The translations under genes and the position numbers were made by a program. The notes under the pieces were generated by a model. It searched no databases and was not told the DNA's origin. It saw only the letters and a program-made list of their open reading frames with translations. A stretch of DNA of 35,273 bases from an uncultured Myxococcaceae bacterium (lineage in GTDB: Bacteria > Myxococcota_A > UBA9160): assembly GCA_964353695.1 (NCBI GenBank), contig CAYGXT010000001.1, positions 1 to 35,273 of the forward strand, in the 5' to 3' direction. Positions within the stretch are counted from its first letter, which is position 1, and every line of letters starts with the position of its first letter. This document shows positions 1 to 9,667 of this stretch, piece by piece.

Positions 1-101
1 AATTCGATAAGAGGATATTTATAATAGCGGGAGGACCTCATCCAAGCGGAGATCGATGCGGGCGACGGCAGCCGCAGCGAGGGAGAGCGTCTCCCCAGGC
101 T

Positions 102-131
102 TTGACAGTGCCGGCACGCGCCCCCTACTCT
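102..131 (+). promoter_or_regulatory. Putative sigma70-type promoter for block 1
   Basis: TTGACA (102-107), 18-nt spacer, TACTCT (126-131), about 80 nt upstream of ATG 212. Confidence 0.4.
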
Positions 132-211
132 TGGTGCCCACCAGAACGCAACCTCCGCCTGCGACGTTCGGCCATAGCTGGCGACGTCGAGGCCAAACCG
201 GAAGTGACGGA

Positions 212-1543
212 ATGGAACGTTATCCCGCGCACCGCAAGCTCCCGTACAACCTTTTCGAGGCTCCCGAGGGGCAGCTGTCCGCGCTCTACGGCCTGCCGCC
301 CGATGTCGCGTTCTGCAGGAAGTGCGTGATCTCGAATCAGCGGCCGAACTCGGCCCTCGAGCTGGCGCACACCATCAACACCAAGAAGAGCACGATCCAC
401 TTCAATGCGGACGGAGTATGCGATGCCTGCGTGCTCGCGGAACGCAAGAAGAGCGAGGTCGACTGGCAGGAGAGGGAGCGGCAGCTGATCGAGCTCTGCG
501 ATCGCTATCGCAGCAAGGACGGAGCTTACGACTGCCTGGTGCCAGGCTCTGGCGGGAAGGACAGCTTCTACCAGTCGCACGTCCTCAAGCACAAGTATGG
601 AATGCACCCTCTGACCATCACCTGGGCACCGCACCTCTACACCCCGTGGGGCTGGCAGAACTTTCAGGCCTGGATTCATTCCGGATTCGACAACTACCTG
701 ATGACACCCAATGGGAGAATGCACCGGCTGCTGACGCGTCTGGCCGTCGAGAACCTCTTTCACCCATTCCAGCCCTTCATCATCGGGCAAAAGGCACTCG
801 GCCCGAAGATGGCTCTGCACTTCGGCATCAAGCTCGTGTTCTACGGAGAGAACGAGTCAGAGTACGGCAATCCGATTCAGGACAGCTCGGTGGCGCACCG
901 GGACTACGCCTATTTCTCGGAGCAGGATAAGTCCAAGGTCTACATCGGGGGCGTCCCGCTGCGCGATCTCTACGGGCATCTCGGGGTGGAAGAGGTCGAC
1001 CTCCATCCGTACCTGCCCGCGGATCCCCAACAGCTCAAGGATGGCGAAATCGAGGTGCACTACCTGGGTTACTACCTGAAATGGCATCCGCAGGGTGCCT
1101 ACTACTATGCGGTGGAGCACGGAGGCTTCCAGGCATCCCCCGAACGCACGCCCGGGACGTACAGCAAGTACAACAGCATCGATGACAAGATCGACGACTT
1201 CCACTACTACACCACGTGGATCAAGTTCGGGATCGGGCGAGCCACCTACGACGCCGCCCAGGAGATCCGTAACGAAGACATCACCCGGGACGAAGGCGTG
1301 GCGCTCGTCAAAAAATTCGACGGAGAGTTTCCCGAACGCTTCTCGGAGGAGATCTTCCGGTACCTGAGCTTGCCCGAGAAGCAGTTCCCCGTGGCCTCGA
1401 AGATGTTCGAGCAGCCGATCATGGACCGCGATTCCTTCATGCGTCTCGCGGACGGCTTCCGTTCGCCTCATCTCTGGAAGTACGAGAGCGGGAGTTGGTG
1501 GTTGCGGCATACGGTCTTCGAACACACGCCCGCAGGGGTCTGA
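212..1543 (+). CDS. N-acetyl sugar amidotransferase (WbuX/PseA-like, PP-loop), copy 1
   Basis: FCRKCVISNQRP...GVCDAC Cys pairs, PP-loop SGGKDS, SIDDKIDDFHYY...KFGIGRAT; followed by HisF/HisH. Start moved from ORF-track 56 to in-frame ATG 212 (MERYPAH). Confidence 0.9.
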   Translation: MERYPAHRKLPYNLFEAPEGQLSALYGLPPDVAFCRKCVISNQRPNSALELAHTINTKKSTIHFNADGVCDACVLAERKKSEVDWQERERQLIELCDRYRSKDGAYDCLVPGSGGKDSFYQSHVLKHKYGMHPLTITWAPHLYTPWGWQNFQAWIHSGFDNYLMTPNGRMHRLLTRLAVENLFHPFQPFIIGQKALGPKMALHFGIKLVFYGENESEYGNPIQDSSVAHRDYAYFSEQDKSKVYIGGVPLRDLYGHLGVEEVDLHPYLPADPQQLKDGEIEVHYLGYYLKWHPQGAYYYAVEHGGFQASPERTPGTYSKYNSIDDKIDDFHYYTTWIKFGIGRATYDAAQEIRNEDITRDEGVALVKKFDGEFPERFSEEIFRYLSLPEKQFPVASKMFEQPIMDRDSFMRLADGFRSPHLWKYESGSWWLRHTVFEHTPAGV

Positions 1544-1554
1544 GACCGTCGACG

Positions 1555-2340
1555 ATGAAGAGCATCCGCCTGATCGCCCGACTCGACGTCAAGGGCCCCA
1601 ATCTCGTCAAGGGAATCCAGCTCGAAGGGTTGCGAAAGCTCGGCGACCCCAACGAGTTCGCGAGGCGGTACTACGCCGCGGGAATAGACGAGATCCTCTA
1701 CATCGACATCGTCGCGAGCCTGTACGAGCGAAACAGCCTGCTCGATCTCGTGCGGCAGACCACCGCGGACGTCTTCATCCCCATCACGGTCGGTGGCGGC
1801 ATCCGCAGCGTCGAGGACGTCCGGCAGGCGCTACGAGCCGGAGCCGACAAGGTGGCCATCAACACCGCGGCGATCCGGCGGCCCGAGCTGATCCGGGAGG
1901 TAGCCCAGACGTTCGGCTCGCAGTGTCTGGTGCTGTCGATCCAGGCCAAGCGGTCCGGTCCCGGCGTCTGGGAGGCGTACATGGAAAACGGGCGCGAGCA
2001 TACGGGCAAGGACGCGGTCGCATGGGCGCAGGAGGCCTGCGCGCTCGGCGCCGGTGAGATCCTTCTGATGTCGGTCGATCAGGAGGGCACCGCCAAGGGC
2101 TTCGACGTGGACCTGGTGCGGCAGGTGTCGAGGGTGGTGTCGATCCCCGTGATCGCAGGCGGGGGGATGGGGTCGGTCGCGGATCTGATCGAGGTGGTGC
2201 GGGACGGTGGAGCGGACGCCGTAGCGATGGCTCACGTCCTGCACTATGGGGTTTGTGATCTCGAAGAAATCCGCCGGGAAGCCTTGCGCTGCGGCCTTCG
2301 CGTGCGCCATGAGCGCCGCGCTCCCGACGGGGCCGGATAG
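1555..2340 (+). CDS. hisF: HisF-like cyclase subunit of a glycan amidation cassette (WbuZ-like)
   Basis: RLIARLDVKGPNLVKG, IPITVGGGIRS, GADKVAINTAA, GAGEILLMSVDQEGT; context indicates the sugar-modifying paralog rather than histidine synthesis; start at ATG 1555. Confidence 0.9.
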   Translation: MKSIRLIARLDVKGPNLVKGIQLEGLRKLGDPNEFARRYYAAGIDEILYIDIVASLYERNSLLDLVRQTTADVFIPITVGGGIRSVEDVRQALRAGADKVAINTAAIRRPELIREVAQTFGSQCLVLSIQAKRSGPGVWEAYMENGREHTGKDAVAWAQEACALGAGEILLMSVDQEGTAKGFDVDLVRQVSRVVSIPVIAGGGMGSVADLIEVVRDGGADAVAMAHVLHYGVCDLEEIRREALRCGLRVRHERRAPDGAG

Positions 2341-2348
2341 GATCGGAC

Positions 2349-2990
2349 ATGCAGCGGATCAGCGTCGTCGATTACGGGATTGGGAACCTGCTGAGCGTCC
2401 GGCGCGCGTTCGAGCACTTCGGAGCCGAGGTGGAGTTCGTCCGCACTCCCGCGGGCGTGGCCGCAGCGGATCGCCTGGTGCTCCCCGGGGTTGGAGCGTT
2501 CGCCGACGGTATGAAGGGCCTCTCGAGTCGAGACCTGATCGAGCCCATCCACGAATTCGCCGGACGGCAGCGGCCCTTCCTCGGGATCTGTCTCGGCATG
2601 CAGATGATGTTCGACAGCAGCGAGGAGTTCGGTGAGCACAAGGGGCTGGGGCTGATCCCCGGAAGGGTGATCGCCATCCCCTCGCAGGGGATCGACCGAG
2701 TGCCCCACCGGATCCCGCACATCGGGTGGAACGCTCTCGTGCTCCCGCCCGCCCGGCCCGATTGGAACGGGAGCGTGCTCGAGGATGTGCCCTTCGGGAC
2801 GTTCGTCTATTTCGTCCATTCCTTCACGGCCGTACCCGAGCGGGAGGAGTATCGCCTGGCAGATTGTCATTACGACGGGCTCGTGATCTCGGCGATGGTG
2901 CAGCGCGACCATCTCTGTGCCGCTCAGTTCCACCCGGAAAAGAGCGGCGAGATGGGACTCCGCATCATCCGGAGCTTCCTGCGCTGGTGA
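2349..2990 (+). CDS. hisH: HisH-like class I glutamine amidotransferase (WbuY-like)
   Basis: VDYGIGNL, LPGVGAF, GICLGMQ (catalytic Cys), PHIGWN, QFHPEKS (His-Glu). Confidence 0.92.
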   Translation: MQRISVVDYGIGNLLSVRRAFEHFGAEVEFVRTPAGVAAADRLVLPGVGAFADGMKGLSSRDLIEPIHEFAGRQRPFLGICLGMQMMFDSSEEFGEHKGLGLIPGRVIAIPSQGIDRVPHRIPHIGWNALVLPPARPDWNGSVLEDVPFGTFVYFVHSFTAVPEREEYRLADCHYDGLVISAMVQRDHLCAAQFHPEKSGEMGLRIIRSFLRW

Positions 2991-3024
2991 CCTCAATCCG
3001 ATGGCAGGCGGCCACCACGGAGGT

Positions 3025-3053
3025 TTGACGGGGCGGCGCGGAGGCGAGAGAAT
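3025..3053 (+). promoter_or_regulatory. Possible internal sigma70-type promoter upstream of the leg genes
   Basis: TTGACG (3025-3030), 17-nt spacer, GAGAAT (3048-3053) in a gap of about 190 nt. Confidence 0.3.
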
Positions 3054-3183
3054 CACGCTGGCGCAGCAGAAGTGCGCACACTTGCGGCGGCCACGAGGCG
3101 GCATCGGCATAGGGCGCGGCCGCGCGAGTGTTCTTGAGCTAGAAATGGGTGCATATAGACCCATTTCTGAGGGAAAACTTGCC

Positions 3184-4272
3184 GTGACGGCTTCGCGAGT
3201 CGAGAAGATGTGCATCCGCCCCGGGATGCCGATCCGAGACGCCATCCGAGCCCTCGATTCGGGGGGGCTGGGGATCGTGCTGGTGACGGATGAGGAACTT
3301 CGGCTGCTCGGCACCATCACGGACGGCGACGTGCGCCGGGCGATCTTGGCCGGCAAGAGCCTCGACGTGACCGCGGGCGAGTTCCTCGACCGGAAACAGA
3401 ACCCCGTCTACCCCGAGCCCATCTCCGCGCCGGTAGGCACCCCACGCTCGGCGCTGCTGCGCCTGATGCGGCGGCGCACGATCCAGCATGTTCCGATGAT
3501 CGACGAGCAGTGCCGCGTGACGGCGCTGGTGACGCTCAACGATCTGATCCCCGACCAGCCACGACCTCTGCAGGCCGTGATCATGGCCGGCGGGCTCGGG
3601 ACGCGCCTTCGCCCGCTGACCGACGAGATGCCCAAGCCGATGCTTCCGGTCGGTGGCCGGCCGCTGCTGGAACGCACCGTCGCTCGGTTGCGCGAAGCCG
3701 GTGTACGTCAGGTGAGCCTATCGACCTTCTTCAAGGCCGAGAAGGTCTTGGAGCATTTCAAGGACGGGAGCGAGTTCGGGGTCGACTTGGAGTATGTCTG
3801 CGAGGACCGCCAGTTGGGGACTGCGGGAGCGCTGAGTCGCATGCAGGTTCCCACCGTACCGCTGCTGGTGGTGAACGGCGACATTCTCACGTCCGTCGAC
3901 TTCCGCGCCATGCACGAGTTCCACCGTGAGCACGAAGCCGTGATGACGGTAGGCGTCCGAAAGTACGACTTCCGCGTGCCGTACGGTGTCATCGAATGCG
4001 ACGGAGTGAACGTGCGAAGCCTCGTCGAGAAGCCCACCTACAGCTCCTTCGTGAATGCGGGCATCTACCTCCTCGATCCCCTCGCCTTTCGATACGTTCC
4101 CAAGGACATTCCAGAAGACACCCGATTCAACATGACGGACCTCATCTGCCGCCTCCTCGAGGCCGGTCATGCGGTGGTCAGCTTTCCTATCCATGAGTAC
4201 TGGCTCGACATCGGTCAACCTGCCGACTATGAGCAGGCCCAGGACGACGCGGACAGCGGGCGACTGGACTAG
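3184..4272 (+). CDS. CBS-domain sugar-1-phosphate nucleotidyltransferase (PtmE/LegX-like)
   Basis: N-terminal CBS pair (LLGTITDGDVRRAIL), then IMAGGLGTRLRPLT..PKPM, LGTAGAL, VNGDILT, WLDIGQPADY. Start uncertain: GTG 3184 after GAGGG chosen, ATG 3145 and 3208 are alternatives. Confidence 0.88.
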   Translation: MTASRVEKMCIRPGMPIRDAIRALDSGGLGIVLVTDEELRLLGTITDGDVRRAILAGKSLDVTAGEFLDRKQNPVYPEPISAPVGTPRSALLRLMRRRTIQHVPMIDEQCRVTALVTLNDLIPDQPRPLQAVIMAGGLGTRLRPLTDEMPKPMLPVGGRPLLERTVARLREAGVRQVSLSTFFKAEKVLEHFKDGSEFGVDLEYVCEDRQLGTAGALSRMQVPTVPLLVVNGDILTSVDFRAMHEFHREHEAVMTVGVRKYDFRVPYGVIECDGVNVRSLVEKPTYSSFVNAGIYLLDPLAFRYVPKDIPEDTRFNMTDLICRLLEAGHAVVSFPIHEYWLDIGQPADYEQAQDDADSGRLD

Positions 4273-4308
4273 CCTGAGCAGGATCAGGCACGATAGTGGA
4301 GCGCCGTA

Positions 4309-5319
4309 GTGGACCTGCACGGTAAGAAGATCCTCGTGACCGGGGCGGATGGATTCATCGGCTCGCACCTGACGGAAGCCCTCGTCCAGCGCGGCTGTGA
4401 TGTCCGCGCCCTGGTGCTGTACAACGCCTTCAATAGCCGGGGCTGGATCGATCACCTGCCGGGCCGCACGCTGGAAAGGCTGGAGGTGTGCGCCGGCGAC
4501 GTCCGCGACCCACACGGCATACGCACGGCAATGGACGGGTGCAGCGTCGTCTTTCACCTGGCCGCGCTGATCGGGATCCCGTACTCCTACCACTCGCCCG
4601 ACAGCTACGTGGACACCAACATCCGTGGCACCCTCAACGTCCTGCAGGCAGCGCGAGAGCTGGGCGTCGAGAAGCTGATCCAGACCTCGACCAGCGAGGT
4701 CTACGGAACGGCCCAGTTCGTCCCCATCACGGAGTCCCATCCCCTTCAGCCGCAGTCGCCCTATTCCGCCTCGAAGATCGCTGCCGACCAGATGGCCCTG
4801 TCGTTCTACCACTCGTTCGGGACCCCCGTGGCGATCTGCCGGCCATTCAACACCTTTGGTCCGCGCCAGTCCTGTCGTGCCGTCATCCCCACCATCATCA
4901 CCCAGCTCGCGGCAGGCAAGAAGGCGATCCGCCTCGGCGCGCTCCATCCGACGCGGGACTTCTGCTTCGTCACCGACACGGCGGCAGGCTTCATCGCCAT
5001 CGCCGAGTCCGACCAAACCATCGGCGAGGTCATCAACCTCGGAACGGGCTTCGACATCTCCGTGGGAAACACCGCTCGCCTGATCGCGGAACTCATGGAT
5101 GCTTCGCTGGAGATCGACAGGGACGAGCAACGGCTCCGGCCCGACGGAAGCGAAGTCGAGCGGCTTCAGGCGAGCAGTGCCCGTGCGCACGAGCTCACCC
5201 GGTGGACACCGCGCTACGCGGGCCCCGATGGCCTTCGGGACGGGCTGCTCGAGACCATCGCGTGGTACACGGACCCTGCCAATCTTCGGCTGTACAGGCC
5301 CGGAGCCTACGCCATCTGA
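4309..5319 (+). CDS. legB: NAD-dependent NDP-GlcNAc 4,6-dehydratase, LegB type
   Basis: VTGADGFIGSHL, LYNAFNSRGW, HLAALIGIPYSYHSPDSY, TSTSEVYG, YSASK, RPFNTFGPRQS, RLRP..SEVERL. Confidence 0.88.
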   Translation: MDLHGKKILVTGADGFIGSHLTEALVQRGCDVRALVLYNAFNSRGWIDHLPGRTLERLEVCAGDVRDPHGIRTAMDGCSVVFHLAALIGIPYSYHSPDSYVDTNIRGTLNVLQAARELGVEKLIQTSTSEVYGTAQFVPITESHPLQPQSPYSASKIAADQMALSFYHSFGTPVAICRPFNTFGPRQSCRAVIPTIITQLAAGKKAIRLGALHPTRDFCFVTDTAAGFIAIAESDQTIGEVINLGTGFDISVGNTARLIAELMDASLEIDRDEQRLRPDGSEVERLQASSARAHELTRWTPRYAGPDGLRDGLLETIAWYTDPANLRLYRPGAYAI

Positions 5320-5328
5320 CTATGAACG

Positions 5329-6504
5329 ATGCGTGACCCGCTGGACATCGCGCCGATCCTCTCCGCCGTGCGGGAGGTCCTCGCCGACGTGCCCCGACCC
5401 ATCGCGTTGCACGAGCCCAGCTTCGGCGGCCGCGAGCAGGAGTACGTCACCGAGTGCATCCGGACAGGCTGGGTGTCGTCGGTGGGCGCATTCGTAGACC
5501 GCTTCGAGGAAGATCTCGCACGCTACACCGGCGCGCGCCATGCGATTCTCACCGTGAATGGAACCGCCGCGCTCCACATCGCGCTGCTGATGGCAGGCGT
5601 CCGGTCGGATGACGAGGTGATCATTCCGGCGCTCACCTTCGTCGCCACCGCCAATGCTGTACGGTACTGCGCCGCCGTCCCGCACTTTGCGGATAGTGAC
5701 GAGCGAACGCTGGGCATCGACCCATCGAAGCTCGCCAAACACCTGTCTCGCATCGCAGAACTGCACGGAGGAAGGTGCACCAACCGAGAGACGGGTCGAC
5801 GCATTGCCGCCGTGGTTCCGATGCACACGTTCGGCCACCCTGTCGATATGGACCCGCTGCTGGAGCTATGCCGGCAGTACGAGCTTCCCATCGTCGAGGA
5901 TGCGGCTGAGTCCCTTGGTTCGCGCTACGCCGGCCGACACACGGGCAGCATGGGCCTGATCGGCGTGTTGAGCTTCAACGGCAACAAGATCGTCACCACG
6001 GGGGGCGGAGGAGCCGTACTGACCAACGACGCTGCGCTCGCCAGCGCGACCAAGCATGCGACGACCACGGCCAAGGTCCAGCACCCGTGGGAGTTCCGGC
6101 ACGATCAGCTGGGCTACAACTACAGGATGCCCAACTTGAACGCAGCGCTCGGCTGCGCTCAGCTCGAGCGTTTGCCCGTCTTCTTGAAGGCGAAGCGAGC
6201 GCTGGCGCTACGCTACGCGGACGCGTTCGCTGGTGTTCCCGGAGTTCTGCTCTTCAGCGAATGCCCCGGCGTCACGAGCAATTACTGGCTGAACGTCCTG
6301 ATCCTCGATCACGAGCATGCGGAAGCGCGCGACCGAATCATCGAAGCGTTCCACGCGGAGGGCATCCACGTGCGGCCGGCGTGGACACCCATGCCTCGCT
6401 TGCCGATGTACGAGACCTGCCCTGCAATGAACCTTGCCACGGCAGAATCACTCTTCGCGCGGATGATCAACTTGCCCAGCAGCGCCCACCTCGAGCGCGC
6501 CTGA
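5329..6504 (+). CDS. legC: LegC-family PLP aminotransferase (DegT/DnrJ/EryC1/StrS)
   Basis: IALHEPSF, GWVSSVGAFVDRFE, EDAAESLGS, SFNGNKIVTTGGGG, GYNYRMPNLNAALG. Confidence 0.9.
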   Translation: MRDPLDIAPILSAVREVLADVPRPIALHEPSFGGREQEYVTECIRTGWVSSVGAFVDRFEEDLARYTGARHAILTVNGTAALHIALLMAGVRSDDEVIIPALTFVATANAVRYCAAVPHFADSDERTLGIDPSKLAKHLSRIAELHGGRCTNRETGRRIAAVVPMHTFGHPVDMDPLLELCRQYELPIVEDAAESLGSRYAGRHTGSMGLIGVLSFNGNKIVTTGGGGAVLTNDAALASATKHATTTAKVQHPWEFRHDQLGYNYRMPNLNAALGCAQLERLPVFLKAKRALALRYADAFAGVPGVLLFSECPGVTSNYWLNVLILDHEHAEARDRIIEAFHAEGIHVRPAWTPMPRLPMYETCPAMNLATAESLFARMINLPSSAHLERA

Positions 6505-6510
6505 CGGCCC

Positions 6511-7707
6511 ATGCAGCGACTCCTCCGCCGTACCCGCCGGATCTGCGTACTCACCGGCAGCCGCGCCGAGTATGGTCTCCTGCGCTACGTCATGAAGCGC
6601 CTGGAGGAGGAGCCCGCCTTCGAGCTGCAGGTGCTGGTCACGGGAGCCCACCTGTCCGCCACCTACGGCAACACCTGTCTCGAGATCGAGGCGGACGGCT
6701 TCTCCTCTCTCACCAGGGTCGACATGGGGCTCGCGGGTGACGATCCGGTCTCGGTGAGCGAGGCGGCGGGCCGCGGTCTTGCTGGGATCGCTCGTGCGCT
6801 CGCGGAGCTTCGACCGGATCTCCTCATGCTGCTGGGGGACAGGTACGAGATTCTTGCCGCCGCCACCGCGGCGACCATTGCTCGCATCCCGATCGCTCAC
6901 CTCGCCGGCGGCGACATCACGGAGGGAGCATTCGATGACGCGATCCGTCATGCACTGACCAAGCTCGCGCATCTCCATTTTCCGACGAATGAGCCTGCAG
7001 CGGCCCGCCTGCTCCAAATGGGGGAGGATCCACGATACGTTCACGTCGTTGGCAGCACGGCGATCGATGCGATTCGCAGCCTGACGCGACTGACGCGTCC
7101 AGAGATCGAGCAGGAACTCGGCGTCCCGCTCCGCGAGCGCAACGTCCTCGTGACCTTTCATCCCGTCACGCTCGACCCCGTCCCATCGGCGGTTCAGCTG
7201 GCGCAGCTGCTGACTGCGCTGGAGTCAATGGGCCCGGATCTGGGAGTTTTCTTCACCGGTGCGAATGCCGACCCGGAGGGTCTCCAACTCAACAAGATCG
7301 TTCGGCGCTGGACGGACACCCATCCACACGCCCATTTCTACGCCTCCCTGGGACAGATCCGTTATCTGAGTCTTCTCGCGCAGATGGATGCCCTCGTGGG
7401 CAACTCCTCCAGCGGGATCTACGATGCGCCGGCACTCGGGGTGCCGACCGTGAACGTAGGCCTGCGGCAGGCTGGCCGGCTCAGCGCTTCCTCCGTGATC
7501 GATTGCTCGTCGGATGCAAGTGCGATCGCATCGGCGCTCCAGAGGGCGCTCGCGAATCCGCGGCGGACTGGAGATACCCCCTATGGCGACGGGCACGCTG
7601 CCGAACGGATCGTCGCTGCCCTGATGGCCGTGCCCGATTTCAGCGCCCTGCTCTGCAAGCGCTTCGTGTCGTGCGATTCCGCCAGCGTGGCACGCAGCCC
7701 CAACTGA
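6511..7707 (+). CDS. neuC: Hydrolysing NDP-N,N'-diacetylbacillosamine 2-epimerase (NeuC/LegG)
   Basis: TGSRAEYGLL, LGDRYE, HLAGGD..EGAFDDAIRHALTKLAHLHF, VTFHPVT, GNSSSGI, YGDGHA. Confidence 0.9.
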   Translation: MQRLLRRTRRICVLTGSRAEYGLLRYVMKRLEEEPAFELQVLVTGAHLSATYGNTCLEIEADGFSSLTRVDMGLAGDDPVSVSEAAGRGLAGIARALAELRPDLLMLLGDRYEILAAATAATIARIPIAHLAGGDITEGAFDDAIRHALTKLAHLHFPTNEPAAARLLQMGEDPRYVHVVGSTAIDAIRSLTRLTRPEIEQELGVPLRERNVLVTFHPVTLDPVPSAVQLAQLLTALESMGPDLGVFFTGANADPEGLQLNKIVRRWTDTHPHAHFYASLGQIRYLSLLAQMDALVGNSSSGIYDAPALGVPTVNVGLRQAGRLSASSVIDCSSDASAIASALQRALANPRRTGDTPYGDGHAAERIVAALMAVPDFSALLCKRFVSCDSASVARSPN

Positions 7708-7710
7708 TCC

Positions 7711-8376
7711 ATGGAGTCGCGGATGGACCCCACGAACACTCCCCTCATCGTTCTCGGGGCCGGTGGTCACGCAAAGGTGCTCATCGATGCACTCCGCCTG
7801 TCATCGCAGCGCGTGCTCTTCGTCGTCGACTCGGATCCAGCGCGCCACGGGCAGTCGGTTGCTGGGGTGCCGATCCGCGGCGGCGACGAGCTCGTTCTTT
7901 CTCACGCGCCCGATGAGGTCCTGCTGGTTCACGGGCTCGGCTCGACCCGACAATGCGACGATCGGTGTCGCTTGTTCGAGCGGATGAAGCAGCATGGCTA
8001 CCGCTTCGCGCAGGTGGTTCATCCCGCGTCGGTCATCTCACCCTCGGCCACGCTGGGCGAGGGGGCCCAGATCCTCGCGGGCGCGGTGATCCAGCCGGAT
8101 TGCACACTCGAAGAGAACGTGCTCGTCAATACGAATGCCTCGGTCGATCATGATTGCCGGATCGGAAGCCACTCTCACGTCGGCCCCGGGGCCACGCTGA
8201 GTGGAGGGGTCCGTGTCGGAAAAGGAACCCACATCGGGGCCGGCGCAACGATCGTGCAGAGCCGGACGATAGGAGCCCGCGTGCTCATCGGAGCGGGCGC
8301 GGTCGTGGTGACCGATATTCCCGACGGCGCGACGGCCTACGGCGTTCCGGCTCGCGTAGTCGGCAGCGGCATCTAG
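7711..8376 (+). CDS. Hexapeptide-repeat sugar acetyltransferase (NeuD/PglD/LegH-like)
   Basis: GAGGHAKV, VHPASVIS, NTNASVDHDC, left-handed beta-helix repeats, GVPARV. Confidence 0.9.
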   Translation: MESRMDPTNTPLIVLGAGGHAKVLIDALRLSSQRVLFVVDSDPARHGQSVAGVPIRGGDELVLSHAPDEVLLVHGLGSTRQCDDRCRLFERMKQHGYRFAQVVHPASVISPSATLGEGAQILAGAVIQPDCTLEENVLVNTNASVDHDCRIGSHSHVGPGATLSGGVRVGKGTHIGAGATIVQSRTIGARVLIGAGAVVVTDIPDGATAYGVPARVVGSGI

Positions 8377-8403
8377 CGTGGACAGCATCGCGGCCGACCG
8401 ACC

Positions 8404-9564
8404 GTGCCTCCGGCGACGCGACGCCTGCGGCATCGAGAATCGATCGTCGTGCTGAACGTGATGATGGACCAGCGCTGGCTCGGACCGCATGGCATCGGCC
8501 GCTATGCCACGGCGCTCGCCGAGCGGCTGCCCTCGGTCCGCCCACTGCCCTTATCCGGTCGCCCGATGGCGCCCCTGGATCCGCTCCGCTCGAGCTGGGC
8601 CCTTCGGAAGTACAAGCCGGATGTCTACTTCACCCCTGGCTTCAATCCTCCCCTCTGGAGCCCGGTCCCCTTCGTCTTCTGCCTGCATGATCTCATCCAT
8701 GTGCACTTCACCGAGGAATCCGATCCGCTGAAGACGGCCTACTACCGCTGGATCGTTCGTCCGGCCGGGCTGCGTGCTCACCGTGTCGTGACGGATTCGC
8801 AGTTCTCGCGCGACGCCATCCTCGAGTGGTCTGGTTGGCCCGAGGAGCGCGTCGTCGTCGTTCGTTTGGGCGTCGGACGCGGCTTCCATCCGGCGGGTCC
8901 GAGGTATGAGCCGGGCTATCCCTATCTCCTCCACGTAGGGAACGCGAAGCCACACAAGAACCGGCGACGGCTGCTTCAGGCCTTCGCGGCGTCGGGCCTT
9001 GCAGCACAGTGCAGGCTGCTGCTGCTCGGAGCCCCAGAGCGCGACGAGGTGGCCCTGGCGAATGCTCTCGGCTTGAGGGGGAACGTCCTGTACGCCGGGC
9101 TGGTCCCGGAGTCATTGCTTCCGGACTACTACCGCGGCGCCACGGCCCTCGTCTGCCCATCGCTCTACGAAGGCTTCGGGCTGCCCGCTCTCGAGGCGAT
9201 GGCCTGCGGAACCGTCGTGGCCGCCGCCCGATCCACGTCGCTTCCGGAGGTGTTGGGCGATGCCGCCGCGTATTTCAACCCATTGGACGTGAGGGACATG
9301 GCGCGGGCGCTAGGGGACGTCGTGTCCGAGGGGCCACTGCGAGCGCGTTTGGCACAGAGCGGTCCTCGCCGGGCCGCTGGATTTTCTTGGGAGACCACCG
9401 CCGCGGAGGTGTGGACGATCCTGCAAGACGCCGCTGATTCCGCAGCCCGACGAGTGCTGCGAACGGACGGCGGAACCGGCGCCCGGGCACCCGTCGGATC
9501 CGGAAGCGCTCCTCCCGGGGCGGATGGCACGTCGCCCCGTACGCAGCCGCCGCATCGGTGCTAG
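8404..9564 (+). CDS. Glycosyltransferase family 4
   Basis: GIGRYA, LHDLIH, VGNAKPHKN, PSLYEGFGLPALEAMACG (ExxxxxxxE motif); start could lie slightly downstream. Confidence 0.88.
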   Translation: MPPATRRLRHRESIVVLNVMMDQRWLGPHGIGRYATALAERLPSVRPLPLSGRPMAPLDPLRSSWALRKYKPDVYFTPGFNPPLWSPVPFVFCLHDLIHVHFTEESDPLKTAYYRWIVRPAGLRAHRVVTDSQFSRDAILEWSGWPEERVVVVRLGVGRGFHPAGPRYEPGYPYLLHVGNAKPHKNRRRLLQAFAASGLAAQCRLLLLGAPERDEVALANALGLRGNVLYAGLVPESLLPDYYRGATALVCPSLYEGFGLPALEAMACGTVVAAARSTSLPEVLGDAAAYFNPLDVRDMARALGDVVSEGPLRARLAQSGPRRAAGFSWETTAAEVWTILQDAADSAARRVLRTDGGTGARAPVGSGSAPPGADGTSPRTQPPHRC

Positions 9565-9667
9565 GGTGCTTGGGTATGCGGCTGCGAGAAGTCCATGGTC
9601 GCTGGTGGATCAGCACAGACGGCTCGGGATCTTCCGCGATTCGCCTCGCAGGTCGCGCAGCATAGGC

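Noticed and set aside
56-211. N-terminal extensions in the ORF track (also at 1495, 2917, 9524, 11200, 19385, 25461, 31131, 34272)
   Set aside because: Family similarity, RBS position or stop/start overlaps point to downstream starts
1555-2990. hisF/hisH as histidine biosynthesis genes (also 34344-35273)
   Set aside because: No other his genes are present and both pairs adjoin N-acetyl-sugar amidotransferases, as expected for glycan-modifying paralogs
3718-5190. Long antisense or alternate-frame ORFs (also 11107-12315, 26414-27634, 27837-29069, 28547-29839, 31644-33008)
   Set aside because: They shadow well-supported genes, lack recognisable motifs and are expected in high-GC coding DNA
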